Positions 10,001-20,078 of a DNA stretch of 64,000 nucleotides are shown one piece after another. The notes below the pieces were generated by a model that was given only the letters and a program-made list of their open reading frames with translations, was not told the origin of the DNA and made no database searches. Both the position numbers and the translations under genes were made by a program. Source of the DNA: a virus (lineage: Duplodnaviria > Heunggongvirae > Uroviricota > Caudoviricetes); IMG/VR virus record IMGVR_UViG_3300030019_000007; one strand, given 5' to 3'. How positions within the stretch are numbered: position 1 is the first letter of the stretch; the number at the start of each line of letters is the position of its first letter.

Positions 10001-12424
10001 GTAATCTTTCACATTATTTTCCGAATATCCTAATGTTCTGATATTATAAAACCCACCAGAAGTTGCTGTATTTCCAACTACTCCAACAAATGGAGCAAAC
10101 ATTCCTCTAATTAAAGAGTTCTGTTTTTTACTTTGGGAAATATCGTCAATTATAATAGGAGTAATACTGTCAACTAATTGTAGTTCTTTCTTTAAAAATG
10201 CTGAAAAATGCCAAGGTTCCTCTGCAATACCGGCACGAGAAGAGAAATAAGTAGAATCTAAACTTGTAGAAGCTACATCTTCCGGAACTAATACTAATTT
10301 AACTTTTTGAGATAACTTTATAGTATTATGGTCATACTGATTTAAATAAAAATGAGTAGCATAATCATCAAGTTCTTCCAATGTTTTAGAAGAAGGTAAA
10401 TTATCTGGAAAAAAATCTCTAAGAAAACCTGAGGTATGTCCTTTAAAATTAGCTCCAGTTAAAGTAAAATCAGATCCACTAAATATTTGAACTAAATATT
10501 CAGAATTTAACAGAACATCTGGGACAAGTAAAGCTCCTCCAGAATTTATATTTGATTTAAAAGGTAATAACTCTGAAAAAGCATCATTTACAAATGAAAA
10601 GTAACTTTCTCCTTTCGAAGGTAACTTATAATAATGTTCTTCTCCTAAGGCTTGAGCTATGAATGAAGTATTTGATTGTATGCCTAATGCAGAATTAATA
10701 CTTCCATATGGTGTATTAGGATAAGTACCTGCTACTGGTTTATAAATATGAACTCCTTGAATAGTATGAACTAAATTTCCATTTATAGTTTCAGGAAGTA
10801 AAGGTAGTCCAGACATTTTGTCATGTCCTATGGAAAATGCCTGACATAAAATCGTAGGGATTCTTTTTTGACGAACTATAAAGAATCCTTTAGTATATTT
10901 TTGTAATTCCATTTGTACATCATTTGGAATAATAATCTTAAATGATATAGGAATAGTAGTATTTGTGTTGATTTGTGAAGTAATAGAAGCTCCACCAATT
11001 TTAATAACACCTTTAGTATTTTCTAATTTATAAGCAGAACCTACTATTAAATTATCCTCTTCTTGTATAAATACTCTATTCTTTTTATTATCATACAATG
11101 CTTGTGGAGTATAGACATTATAATAAGGATCTGTCATATTAATTGAGGGGGTAGGACTATCTGTAAAGTCTTTACCTCTAATACTATATGGGTCAGAAAG
11201 AGCAAAGTCATTCATAATATAGACGATAGCTAATCTATAAAGTTCTTCATCCCAATATCCTGTGTAAGAATATACATTATTACTATCAAAATATGCAACT
11301 TTTTTATCACTTGAAATAAAATTCTGTGATAAAACACCTATATTTTGAGAAGAATCTTGTTGAGGAAAAGGTAAAACTCTTAAAGATAAATCTTTTAATT
11401 CTCTATAAGGAACAGTAGTCTTATGAATATTTGCGAGAAATAATCTATTCTGCGCTTGAGCTACTGTTTTATTTCTATCAATAATATTATACTGAACATT
11501 TATTTTATCCTTAGTAATCGGAGAAGTAGCTTCATATCCAGTAATAGTGAGGTTAATAGTAGTTGACTTAATAGAGAATTTAGTCTCAATTTTAGCAAAC
11601 TCTGTAATTTCTTTTTCTGTGTAATCTGAGGTAGATCTAGAGTAGTATACACTTAAAAAGTTGTAATTACTATCTAAGTTACTTAAATTAAATATTACTG
11701 ATTTGCCAGAATTTTCTTGACCCATTCCTCCTCTTATTGATTGTGGATCATTTAAGTTACCTACATGGCAACTTACTATACTACTTTCTGTAATAATATC
11801 AGTCTCATTTCCATCAGCATCTACAAGTCTAAAATAAAAAACATAATTTCCAACTTTTAATCTTCCTCCATTATCAAGTCCTACTAACTCAAGTTTAGGT
11901 ATTCTGTTGATAGTTTTATATAAACGAGATTGTGGATCTATCCTATCATCATCATAAATGTTTGTATCTTTATTTCCTTCTCTATCAACTATATAAAATC
12001 TTCTTCCTTCAGTAACACTAAATCTAGAGTTGATTAATCGAGGTGGAGTATTATTATCTGAGAGTATTAAGTTAACAGTTCCATCGTATGAGGGTTGTAT
12101 TTCTATTTCAACTGGATAATTAATAGAAAAATTTAAATCCTTAGAAGTAAAATCCACTAATTCATTTGGTAAAATACCCGGAATAAGATCTTTATTTCCA
12201 GAGTATCTTACATTTTTAAAAGGTCTAAATACATAAGATAGATTTCCTTCTGTTGGATTTTTATTTAATAGAACATTAAACTCAAATTTAAAAGATTCAG
12301 ACAAGACTATTCCTGAGGAGAGTAATCTTGCTGTAAAATCTTGTAATAGAGTTAAATAATTTCCAATATTTGGATCGATGGTAGGAAGTTCTAATCCCGT
12401 ACTTGTATAATAAAGTTTTATCAT
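7073..12424 (-). CDS. giant virion protein (1783 aa), candidate ejected/cargo or tail protein
   Basis: Uninterrupted 5.35-kb ORF, co-directional and tightly packed with the structural block. No catalytic motif recognised by eye. Confidence 0.7.
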   Translation of the reverse strand: MIKLYYTSTGLELPTIDPNIGNYLTLLQDFTARLLSSGIVLSESFKFEFNVLLNKNPTEGNLSYVFRPFKNVRYSGNKDLIPGILPNELVDFTSKDLNFSINYPVEIEIQPSYDGTVNLILSDNNTPPRLINSRFSVTEGRRFYIVDREGNKDTNIYDDDRIDPQSRLYKTINRIPKLELVGLDNGGRLKVGNYVFYFRLVDADGNETDIITESSIVSCHVGNLNDPQSIRGGMGQENSGKSVIFNLSNLDSNYNFLSVYYSRSTSDYTEKEITEFAKIETKFSIKSTTINLTITGYEATSPITKDKINVQYNIIDRNKTVAQAQNRLFLANIHKTTVPYRELKDLSLRVLPFPQQDSSQNIGVLSQNFISSDKKVAYFDSNNVYSYTGYWDEELYRLAIVYIMNDFALSDPYSIRGKDFTDSPTPSINMTDPYYNVYTPQALYDNKKNRVFIQEEDNLIVGSAYKLENTKGVIKIGGASITSQINTNTTIPISFKIIIPNDVQMELQKYTKGFFIVRQKRIPTILCQAFSIGHDKMSGLPLLPETINGNLVHTIQGVHIYKPVAGTYPNTPYGSINSALGIQSNTSFIAQALGEEHYYKLPSKGESYFSFVNDAFSELLPFKSNINSGGALLVPDVLLNSEYLVQIFSGSDFTLTGANFKGHTSGFLRDFFPDNLPSSKTLEELDDYATHFYLNQYDHNTIKLSQKVKLVLVPEDVASTSLDSTYFSSRAGIAEEPWHFSAFLKKELQLVDSITPIIIDDISQSKKQNSLIRGMFAPFVGVVGNTATSGGFYNIRTLGYSENNVKDYFNIRYNDNSPFMAISDRYDWERFNLEQSSTSAYKSLDVYRGDCFINQVSIRMLRNFQDPEAPINDIIVDVNTLDNFKGYRSNDTATLELNKENLEKINRGDVNAVRLGYWATFKFCSDINFAFRCVDPTYTSEYALAGRPRSFTPLYSRSLAGSAKIADSGAMNVGYNSTTSDKEYYVIPDIPAIKNDYTNRVMYSETHVNDAFKNGFRIFEGLNYQDYTIEFGTITKVISWFGNLIVIFEGGVGVLPINERTMAGQSEGENIFLRNAGVLPEKPMMVSHGIGSAWPDSIRTSDNYIYGVDTVSKKIWRTDGKKFDIISDFRVQKFLNDNISFTVYDKTPMIGLRNVVTHFNVFKKDIMFTFYDQTFNDPDKVWNLCYNEQLNNWVTKFSWVPAFSENISNTFFTFSRGTCKVTSMIAKSIDSADGLGSIYINSPEENYLTEGDYLSLFYESKLEETLPTVAGVPITGTLSSPYPVLVTPPVLFSDGPSLHRMYEDGLPTQGYTHTWNFYPTTGRVLVVYDKNNAFLSLSSNSKLSFYRSANNDNEISSGDEFILNKLNGDTITDIQTTLLKPNLKIKFTVGAVASQELADSMAREGWNFSIANVTYTASLLNTREYFLTLQGQELYSKVSTYDYALSSIADPIVYDNQFFKITKNLVDGTASYISINPDSFSALSLTDKFNGILQVLSRIYFAFLIDLDVVLGTSQTGLSGTDQFQDSLYIRPSIETLNNLRYNIFNNLTNCPPLRVGTDVDHPTVYLTEGQRIQIVNLLDLTIAKYLANTTTNLWKHGQSGIFEHESAFKPALWYGEQHKFEFQFVVNGNELGIHKMFDNLKIISNKAEPESFQFEIVGDAYDFTDDFPTYSDEGLIGGRIKDTYELLPPSQQTVYDKTKEYRILSFQEAKNVQKVGQRKGNIYYKEDMWEVQIQPIRVKKKSNNQIVESKIRDKYCSVRVIYSGEQLAIITALQTLYTLSYA

Positions 12425-12437
12425 ATTTTTATTTTAA

Positions 12438-15400
12438 TTAAAATGAACGTATTGCTCTTAGATGGTAAGTATTATTTTTAAGATATGTTCCATTACCTCC
12501 ATCATTTAGATTTACTGCATAGGCTTTATCCCAACCAGATTCTGTTGAACTCCAGTAAACGTTTGTGGGATATCCAAGAACATTTCTATGTGCATACATT
12601 TGTAACATCTCATTTAAACTAGGTAAATACCAATCACTGTAATTATCAATGACATAATTATTTATTGTTTGTATAGCATGACCTTTTGAGCTACTAAGAG
12701 ACATTAAAGCACTATTAGTTTTACCAGTTCCAATTGCTGAACCACTAGCTCCTACAGTAAGAGGGTCATAATCACTTTTAAGTCCCCAAACATTTGGAGA
12801 TTGGTCTTTTAAAGATGCTATTAATCCATGTTGTACATTAGTATCAAATCCAATATCTCCTAATTGCAAAATATAGAAGATTACTCCTCCGCCAAATAAC
12901 ATACCTATAGTATAAGTAACTCCATCACGTATATCTTTTATACTTGGGGGATTCAAACAAAAAGTATCAATTCCATAAACTGGTGTATCTATAGTTGTTA
13001 ATCTTCCTCCTAGTAATGCTGGACTAAATCTAGGTATTTTTAAATCAGAATTATTAATATTACTTATGGCCAAACTATCTGTTAAATTTACAAATTCACT
13101 ACTTGCAGTAGTAATACTATTATCGTAAATTACTTTTACACTTGGTGTTACTCCAGTAGAAGAAACAAGATATGAAGAGGATTCCATAGTAGTTAAAGCG
13201 TTTGTAAACGTATCTCTTACTCCAGTAGGAGTTGAGGCACTTAGAACTATATTTATAGGATTTATTAATGGTTTACAGGATTCTTTACTAGAGAAATTCC
13301 AAGGAATATTTTTAGCTCCATCCGGAAACATAGAGGAATCCACAAAATTATATAATATTTTAGCTAAAGGATATACACCTTTCCAATTATCAATAATAAG
13401 TTTTACATTATTTATATTAAAAGGAGAGAGTGTTGAAGATCCAAAACAACTTTTAGTAATATACTTAAGTGTTCTATCTACAGATTGATCTAATAATGTA
13501 TAAGTTATTGAATTGCCTACTAATGCTAAAGTATTTACTCCAGAGGTTACATAATTAATTAAATCTTTATCTGCATATTGTGCTAAAATAACTTCACTAT
13601 ATTTTTGGTTAACAAGTAAATCTGTTAAATAAGTATTAGTTTGTTTAAATCCTATATATTTATTGTCAATTACATCTTGATGATGTAGAGGGTAATCTCC
13701 CGAGAACCATAAATTATTATAAGTAGTTAATAATGAAACTGCATCATTATATTTAATTTCTACATTAACTGGAATATCAGTCTTATAAGATTGATGAATA
13801 GTTTGCGGAATAGTATTTCCTGGACTTGAGTAGTTACATCCAATTACAAATCTACTACTATTTAAATGATTATCTCCAAGAGCTGAATTAAAAGTACCTA
13901 AAGTGCCATCATCAATGTTAGGAATAACTCCTCCAATATCTCTAATAGTTGTGAGGATTATTTGATTATTACCAGGTTCTAGCAATTCCCATTCTAATTT
14001 AAGATTCCCCCATAAATATGTTAAGAACTGAAAATGTTCTAAGGGAGTTCCTGATAGTGGAGTGAATAAACTTAAACTAAAGTCAACATCATCTGTCCCC
14101 ATTAAATCAAAAGAACTATAAGAACTTAAATCTCCAGTATTCTCAATGGATACTCTGGTGGATTTCACTACTTGAGAATGGGTCCAGGAGAAGTATTTAA
14201 AGGTTTTATTTCTTGCATAACTCCTAGTATAACTTTTAAATAAAGATGGGGCTATGGTAGGTCTCTGTGAAGATAATGCTATATTTGAGATAGTAAATGT
14301 ATCTAAAGCACTTGTAGATGTTAAATCTGCCTGTAGTGCAGCATTAGTACTTATATCACTATTAGGATTTCCAGAAAGCCAAGTATATTGTGAAGTTACT
14401 TGATCGGAAGTAAAATTCATAATATGAGAAAACTCATTTGTTGCAGAAGTATGCTCTGTAGATTTTAAGGTTAATTTCTTCTTAAATAAAGTATTATCAA
14501 TTTCTCCAAATAATAAAGGTTTGTTACTTGAACTTATAGGTAGTATCTTAATAGTACCAGTTTGAGAAGGAACTGTTAAAGTACAATCGCTAAATATAGC
14601 AAATTTAAAATCTTTTGCTCCATCTATAGCCGTGGATAAACTAGTAGTTAAGTATTTTTTATTTAGAGAGAAATAATCAGATGACATAGAAATATCTCCT
14701 CCTGTAATTCCTAGTTTAGTAGAAATTTCAGAAAAAGTATGGTATCCTATATTTTTTAAATTATCCTCTGATATATCATAAAATTCTCCAGTATATGCAT
14801 TTCTATAATATTTTTTAACACCTGTCCAATCAGATCTTTTAATAGTACTTCCTAATACAGATGCCTCACAAAATACTGGACCACCATATAACCTATATGC
14901 TTCTGTTAGAGAAGGAGAAGGATGACCTGTAATAGGTAAATAATTAGGATGATTATCACCAATCGTTATAGTACCAGAAGGTTGTATTGGAGTTAAAGTT
15001 TTATCTAAGATTCCTGTACCAGTATAATTTAAATCATACTTATCAAGAATTTCCATACCTTTCACAATATCAATCATACCATAATTTCTCATGTTGCTAT
15101 TTTTAAATTTAGCAATAGGAAGAGTATATAAAAGCTGAAAAATATTATAACTGATACCAGATTCAACTCCAAAGATTCTAACTAGATAACAATGATCTTT
15201 TCTTAAAGCTGCCCCATGCATGATTTTATTTGGAGATATTAGTTCAACACTTCCTGTGTAATTATCAATATCAGAAGTAGCTAATCCTCCTTTAAAACTT
15301 CCGTTGAAAATAGTGTCTCTATTAAATGTAGCCAGGGGTACTGTAATTGTAGCTTTTTGATCTATTAATGGAATATTTTCTTTTAAAAGACTAACATTAC

Positions 15401-16640
15401 TCCAAAAATCATAAAATTCTACATTTACTGTGGGCATAGAAGTCTGACCTTTATATAAATAATTAAATGTTACAGTCAAAATATCACCTGTGACATCATA
15501 TACAAAATTATCATGTGCATTTAAACCTAAAGGTAAATCACTAATCACATAATATTTAGTCTTAGCAAATTGAGTAAGTCTTCTTCCAAATTGGTCTATA
15601 GGAGTACATGTTATTGTTAATACTGTACCTACTTCAAAACTAACTGGAACTTCCCCGGAAGTTAATTTAGAAATCATTACATCTGAGTTTCCAATGTATG
15701 TTTGGTAGTCAAAAAATTTGTTTGCTACAGTTTCTCCATTTGAACTTATTGTCTTTATTTCTATAGTTTTAACTCTTATAGCTGAATTTGACACTATGTT
15801 ATCAGAAGTAAAAGTTACTTTAGCTTTTAAAATACCACCTGTATTATCCCCAACTAAACCAAAATCAAAACTTTGGATGGTTGAGGGAGACATAACTACA
15901 GTAATTACTCCTTTAGAGTCGCCATTATAAACTATATCCTTTCCATTATTTTCTCCTGTGATTCCAGTAGGTTCTGGAGAATAACTAACAGTAGAATAAT
16001 CTTCTGAATAGTTAGGTAATAGATTAAGAGGAATACTTGTTAAACCTCCATCAGTATTCATTGTGTAGTACTTAAAATCAAAGTATCCTTCACTACCAGT
16101 TCCATAATTATTAATAAACTTACTAAAAATTTGATTGGAGTCATTCCAGGTGTCAACACCAATTAAAGTAATAGCTATTTTAAATTTATCTCCGGGCGAT
16201 ATAAATGCATTTAATAGATTCATACCATGGTTAATTGAGTCTGATTGCATTAATTCAATACCTCCTTGTGAGGTTTCTGCAGAAATATCAGAAATGCTTT
16301 TAAGTGATTTGTTATCTCCATCAGCTATTGTTATATATCTTTGTGGAGAAGGTAAACTTCCTACACTAGTCTCTTTTGTAAATGGATTATGAGCTACAAT
16401 ATACATAATTCCATCAAATTCTTTTACTCCTAATGGAATAAAACCTTGAGGTAATGCATCTTCAGTTCCAGTAGTTTTGACTTTAACATTTCCTAATTCA
16501 GTTTGTAGATTAAATTCATCTCCATTATAAGTAATGATGGTCCCGTTTAAACAATCTGTTAGTACATCTTTTGGAGTAGATAATGGATTTAAATCCATAT
16601 TGAGTCCTTTTCCAAAATTATTTTGTGTTATCTTCTTCAT
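12438..16640 (-). CDS. giant virion protein (1400 aa), candidate cargo or tail-fibre-like protein
   Basis: Uninterrupted 4.2-kb ORF, Ser/Thr/Asn-rich with a beta-rich look. Sits in the structural block. Confidence 0.7.
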   Translation of the reverse strand: MKKITQNNFGKGLNMDLNPLSTPKDVLTDCLNGTIITYNGDEFNLQTELGNVKVKTTGTEDALPQGFIPLGVKEFDGIMYIVAHNPFTKETSVGSLPSPQRYITIADGDNKSLKSISDISAETSQGGIELMQSDSINHGMNLLNAFISPGDKFKIAITLIGVDTWNDSNQIFSKFINNYGTGSEGYFDFKYYTMNTDGGLTSIPLNLLPNYSEDYSTVSYSPEPTGITGENNGKDIVYNGDSKGVITVVMSPSTIQSFDFGLVGDNTGGILKAKVTFTSDNIVSNSAIRVKTIEIKTISSNGETVANKFFDYQTYIGNSDVMISKLTSGEVPVSFEVGTVLTITCTPIDQFGRRLTQFAKTKYYVISDLPLGLNAHDNFVYDVTGDILTVTFNYLYKGQTSMPTVNVEFYDFWSNVSLLKENIPLIDQKATITVPLATFNRDTIFNGSFKGGLATSDIDNYTGSVELISPNKIMHGAALRKDHCYLVRIFGVESGISYNIFQLLYTLPIAKFKNSNMRNYGMIDIVKGMEILDKYDLNYTGTGILDKTLTPIQPSGTITIGDNHPNYLPITGHPSPSLTEAYRLYGGPVFCEASVLGSTIKRSDWTGVKKYYRNAYTGEFYDISEDNLKNIGYHTFSEISTKLGITGGDISMSSDYFSLNKKYLTTSLSTAIDGAKDFKFAIFSDCTLTVPSQTGTIKILPISSSNKPLLFGEIDNTLFKKKLTLKSTEHTSATNEFSHIMNFTSDQVTSQYTWLSGNPNSDISTNAALQADLTSTSALDTFTISNIALSSQRPTIAPSLFKSYTRSYARNKTFKYFSWTHSQVVKSTRVSIENTGDLSSYSSFDLMGTDDVDFSLSLFTPLSGTPLEHFQFLTYLWGNLKLEWELLEPGNNQIILTTIRDIGGVIPNIDDGTLGTFNSALGDNHLNSSRFVIGCNYSSPGNTIPQTIHQSYKTDIPVNVEIKYNDAVSLLTTYNNLWFSGDYPLHHQDVIDNKYIGFKQTNTYLTDLLVNQKYSEVILAQYADKDLINYVTSGVNTLALVGNSITYTLLDQSVDRTLKYITKSCFGSSTLSPFNINNVKLIIDNWKGVYPLAKILYNFVDSSMFPDGAKNIPWNFSSKESCKPLINPINIVLSASTPTGVRDTFTNALTTMESSSYLVSSTGVTPSVKVIYDNSITTASSEFVNLTDSLAISNINNSDLKIPRFSPALLGGRLTTIDTPVYGIDTFCLNPPSIKDIRDGVTYTIGMLFGGGVIFYILQLGDIGFDTNVQHGLIASLKDQSPNVWGLKSDYDPLTVGASGSAIGTGKTNSALMSLSSSKGHAIQTINNYVIDNYSDWYLPSLNEMLQMYAHRNVLGYPTNVYWSSTESGWDKAYAVNLNDGGNGTYLKNNTYHLRAIRSF

Positions 16641-16642
16641 AT

Positions 16643-17188
16643 TTAAGTACTTTTAATTTTATTTCTCCTGTTTAACCAGACAGTTCCTTCTTCTGAGAGT
16701 TCACAATCTTCTTTTTTAATCTCTCGTTTTTCCATCCATAAGATTTCCTTTTCTGGAGTAGTATATCCTAACTTAGTTCTATATATAAACTTAATATCTT
16801 TTCTGATAACACTCTCTTTGAATAACTTATAGAGATTAACTTCAGGAAGTATGCTATTTTCTAAGAACTCTTCATTCTCCAATTGAGTAAGTCCTATATA
16901 ATGCCAACCATCCCAATTTTCTCCTTTTTCTTTGAACATTTTTCTACGTTTTGAATGTTCTTTAACTTTACTCTCAACCCATTGTGCTTCAGAATCTTTT
17001 TTACTTGCTCCTATAAATGTAAAAAAATGTGCATCTTTTAAAAAAACATCTTCTCCAGTTTTAGTGTAATGATAAATTCTCTTTAATCCATAATCTGCAA
17101 GAACATCTATTGCAGTTTCTTCTATATCAGGAAATTCTTTATAAAGCCTTTGAGCAAAATCCTCATATTTTCTTTGTGCCATTTTCAA
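16643..17188 (-). CDS. hypothetical protein (181 aa)
   Basis: ORF track. Overlaps the upstream ORF by 4 nt, suggesting translational coupling. Confidence 0.5.
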   Translation of the reverse strand: MKMAQRKYEDFAQRLYKEFPDIEETAIDVLADYGLKRIYHYTKTGEDVFLKDAHFFTFIGASKKDSEAQWVESKVKEHSKRRKMFKEKGENWDGWHYIGLTQLENEEFLENSILPEVNLYKLFKESVIRKDIKFIYRTKLGYTTPEKEILWMEKREIKKEDCELSEEGTVWLNRRNKIKST

Positions 17189-17634
17189 CAGTATTTAAAT
17201 CCTTTATTTGAGATCTCTGTGGTTCTCTCTTTCATCTCATCATTAAGTATGATGTCCTTTTCTTGAAATCTTTCTCGATAGTAATATTTAAATACAGGTA
17301 AATAAATAGTAAAATTAGTTTGTATAAAATCTACTTTATTAAATTTACCGGAATGATATGCCTTATAGAATTTATCTTCTTGCAACTTCTTCCAAGTAAA
17401 CATTGCTATTGTCTTAGTAGGTAAATGAAAAGTATTACCATTCTCAACCATATCTTCCACAATCATTTTCATCAAAGTTAAGAATATTTTAGCAATTAAG
17501 TCATTTTTACACCCATATTTATAAAGAGCCTTCATCTTTTTCTTATCCCCAGACTCTTTTTTAAATTTAAACTTCTTTAAATCATACACATGAAATAAAT
17601 CTCCTTGTGTAAAACTATGTGTTCCCCTAATCAT
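17185..17634 (-). CDS. hypothetical protein (149 aa)
   Basis: ORF track. Start/stop overlaps with both neighbours. Confidence 0.5.
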   Translation of the reverse strand: MIRGTHSFTQGDLFHVYDLKKFKFKKESGDKKKMKALYKYGCKNDLIAKIFLTLMKMIVEDMVENGNTFHLPTKTIAMFTWKKLQEDKFYKAYHSGKFNKVDFIQTNFTIYLPVFKYYYRERFQEKDIILNDEMKERTTEISNKGFKYC

Positions 17635-18320
17635 TATTTCAATGGTTTAAATGACTTACCAAATCGTTTACGATCCCAACTTCCTTGTACGTCAAGCATC
17701 TCATCCATAAAGTTTTGTGTAAGAGTAATAGGAGTACGTGCATCGTCACAAGTTCTTTTCCACTCAATTTGAATACTTTGTGACATCTGTATTAAATTTG
17801 CATTTTGAGTAATCATTCCTTTTTTACGTAGTTGTATAAAAGCACAATAATTAGTAATAGCATCTAATTCTTTAAAATTTAATAAAGGAAGACCATCTTC
17901 ATCTGAGATAATTCCTTTGTAAACTATTACAATCTGCGCAGTTGAATCATTTGGAAAATAAAGAGTATTTCCAACTAATTCATACTTTACAAAAGCACCT
18001 CTTTGATAAAAAGGAGATTGATTAGTTTTTCTACTTTCTACATAGGATTCTACAGTTAATGCAGAGTAATCTTCTCTAGTAATATTCTCAGGTTTATAAA
18101 AATCCTCAGTAGTAGAATGTACTGAGTCAATGATATCTACATTACATGGAAGATCTATTTTACCGTCAACTATATTAGTAATATATCTATAAAGTTTGGT
18201 ATTCTTATTACCTATATGATTCCAAGCATGCCAGGCAAGAGATTCAAATTCATCAGGATTTATAGTTATACCATAAATATCTTTTAAATGAGTAATTGCT
18301 GTGTAAAAAGGGTAGTTCAT
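17634..18320 (-). CDS. hypothetical virion-associated protein (228 aa)
   Basis: ORF track. Operon context only. Confidence 0.5.
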   Translation of the reverse strand: MNYPFYTAITHLKDIYGITINPDEFESLAWHAWNHIGNKNTKLYRYITNIVDGKIDLPCNVDIIDSVHSTTEDFYKPENITREDYSALTVESYVESRKTNQSPFYQRGAFVKYELVGNTLYFPNDSTAQIVIVYKGIISDEDGLPLLNFKELDAITNYCAFIQLRKKGMITQNANLIQMSQSIQIEWKRTCDDARTPITLTQNFMDEMLDVQGSWDRKRFGKSFKPLK

Positions 18321-18321
18321 A

Positions 18322-18996
18322 TTATGGTTTTATTGAGTTATCAGATGGTTGGTGCATATACATTATCTGTCTATGATATCTTAAGAATTTTTCAGAGACT
18401 CTTTTTTCTACATCAGAGGCAAAAAAAGAAAATGGATCTACTTCTGATGGGCAACAAGAGTACTCATTTATTTGTCTAGGATCTTTAGGAATAATTACCG
18501 CAGTTATTTCTTTTAACATTGGGGAATTGAATACATATCCATCATATCTATTCTCTGAGTTAGGTGTCATATCAATCCAAGCATAAGGTTTATTAGACCT
18601 TCTAGTGCGATATTGATTATACATAAAAGAATTGTCTACATATACCTTAAAAGGGTTTCTACGGTCTTTAGAACCTAAGTATTCAATAGCTTCTTCTGCA
18701 AAATCTTGTATAATTAAAGGAATGGTAAAATGAAGATAATCTGTCCCAGATTTTACACCACAATTCACTGGACATTTTTCAATTGGGTAGCAATCTAAGG
18801 TAATGCACGGAATAGATACTAAAAAATCTTTTCTAGGTAATAACCCCTTTGCCATATATTCCTTCATTATTAATAATCTCTCTGCAATTATTGCATCTTC
18901 AACTTGTTCATGTGTGATTGGAACATTTACGTTCATTCCTTTTAATCCAGAAACTATATTATTGAAGCAAGCTGAAGTCATTTGTTCAAGTGTCAT
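18322..18996 (-). CDS. hypothetical protein (224 aa), Cys-rich
   Basis: ORF track. Operon context only. Confidence 0.5.
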   Translation of the reverse strand: MTLEQMTSACFNNIVSGLKGMNVNVPITHEQVEDAIIAERLLIMKEYMAKGLLPRKDFLVSIPCITLDCYPIEKCPVNCGVKSGTDYLHFTIPLIIQDFAEEAIEYLGSKDRRNPFKVYVDNSFMYNQYRTRRSNKPYAWIDMTPNSENRYDGYVFNSPMLKEITAVIIPKDPRQINEYSCCPSEVDPFSFFASDVEKRVSEKFLRYHRQIMYMHQPSDNSIKP

Positions 18997-19064
18997 ATTA
19001 TTATATTAAAAAAGGTAGATAGGTTACCCTACCTACCTTTCGGTTAATTAGTAAAATTATAATC

Positions 19065-20039
19065 TTAGGCTTCTGTAACAACAGCAATACCAGCAGTAAC
19101 ATCCCCAGAGGTAATGTCAATTACTGTTAAACCAGCTGATTTTAACATTTCCTCAAAGTTATAAGAACCTGTAACTGTAGAAATTCCAGAAAGATGGCGA
19201 CTAACTCTAGCAGCAGTATTGTTCACATAGAATACATGAGTTGTTTTAGAAGTTGAAAGTCCTCCAACAACACTTGCATCCATACTTCCACGATCAGTAA
19301 CATACTCTAAAGTATATTGATTGTAGGTGGCTCCCATAACAGGTAGTTCTTCTTGGTTTTCACCAAATGGACGATTGTTATCAAGAGTGGGTAATCTATG
19401 ATTTTTAATAAGGTAAGTGAAATCACCAAATGATTCAAGACCAGCAGCCAATACAGTAACAGTAGGTGCTAAATCTGTAGGAGTTCCAGAGATAAGATCA
19501 ATTGATTCAAGAGTAATATTCTTGAAAGAAATAAATGGATTACCCACAGCAGTGAAAACTAAATTTGCCCCAGAAGAAGTAGCATTTACGAAGTTATCGT
19601 AAGTAATATAAGTTTTATTCCAAGCAGCTGCAATAGCAGCAGCAGCAGTTGTTGAACTTGTAGCAGTAGCCACTAATTCAATAAAGAAAGGTTTACCATA
19701 AGTAGTCCTATCACGAGCATATTGACCATCAGCATAGTTATTTGTATGAATATACAAACCAACTTTATACAAAGTACCTACAACTACAGTAGGGATAGTA
19801 ACTTGACTAGAAGCTAATACAGTAGCAGTGGCGGAACGTCTGTATACTTTTGAACCCTTGATACTATCTGAGGTACCACCAACAATAAATTTGTTGACTC
19901 TTTCTACTTGAAAAGCTTTTTTACCTGCTTCAATACCTGGATCCCAGCTTACTGCAGATGCAGGGGCACTTAATGCTCCTAATACGACTTTGACCTTAGA
20001 AAGGTCATTTAAAATTGTTTCGGTTGTAAAATCTAACAT
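19065..20039 (-). CDS. virion structural protein, possible tail tube/ring protein (324 aa)
   Basis: Ala/Thr/Val/Ser-rich, beta-like composition. Lies downstream of the capsid genes. Confidence 0.35.
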   Translation of the reverse strand: MLDFTTETILNDLSKVKVVLGALSAPASAVSWDPGIEAGKKAFQVERVNKFIVGGTSDSIKGSKVYRRSATATVLASSQVTIPTVVVGTLYKVGLYIHTNNYADGQYARDRTTYGKPFFIELVATATSSTTAAAAIAAAWNKTYITYDNFVNATSSGANLVFTAVGNPFISFKNITLESIDLISGTPTDLAPTVTVLAAGLESFGDFTYLIKNHRLPTLDNNRPFGENQEELPVMGATYNQYTLEYVTDRGSMDASVVGGLSTSKTTHVFYVNNTAARVSRHLSGISTVTGSYNFEEMLKSAGLTVIDITSGDVTAGIAVVTEA

Positions 20040-20078
20040 AATGTAAATTTTTTAAAATTAATAAAGCAATATCTATCC

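Noticed and set aside
7073-12424. Calling the 1783-aa protein a virion RNA polymerase on the basis of VDADGNETD
   Set aside because: The motif is DxDGN, not the catalytic DxDGD, and there is no supporting double-psi beta-barrel signature visible by eye. Kept only as an architectural analogy.
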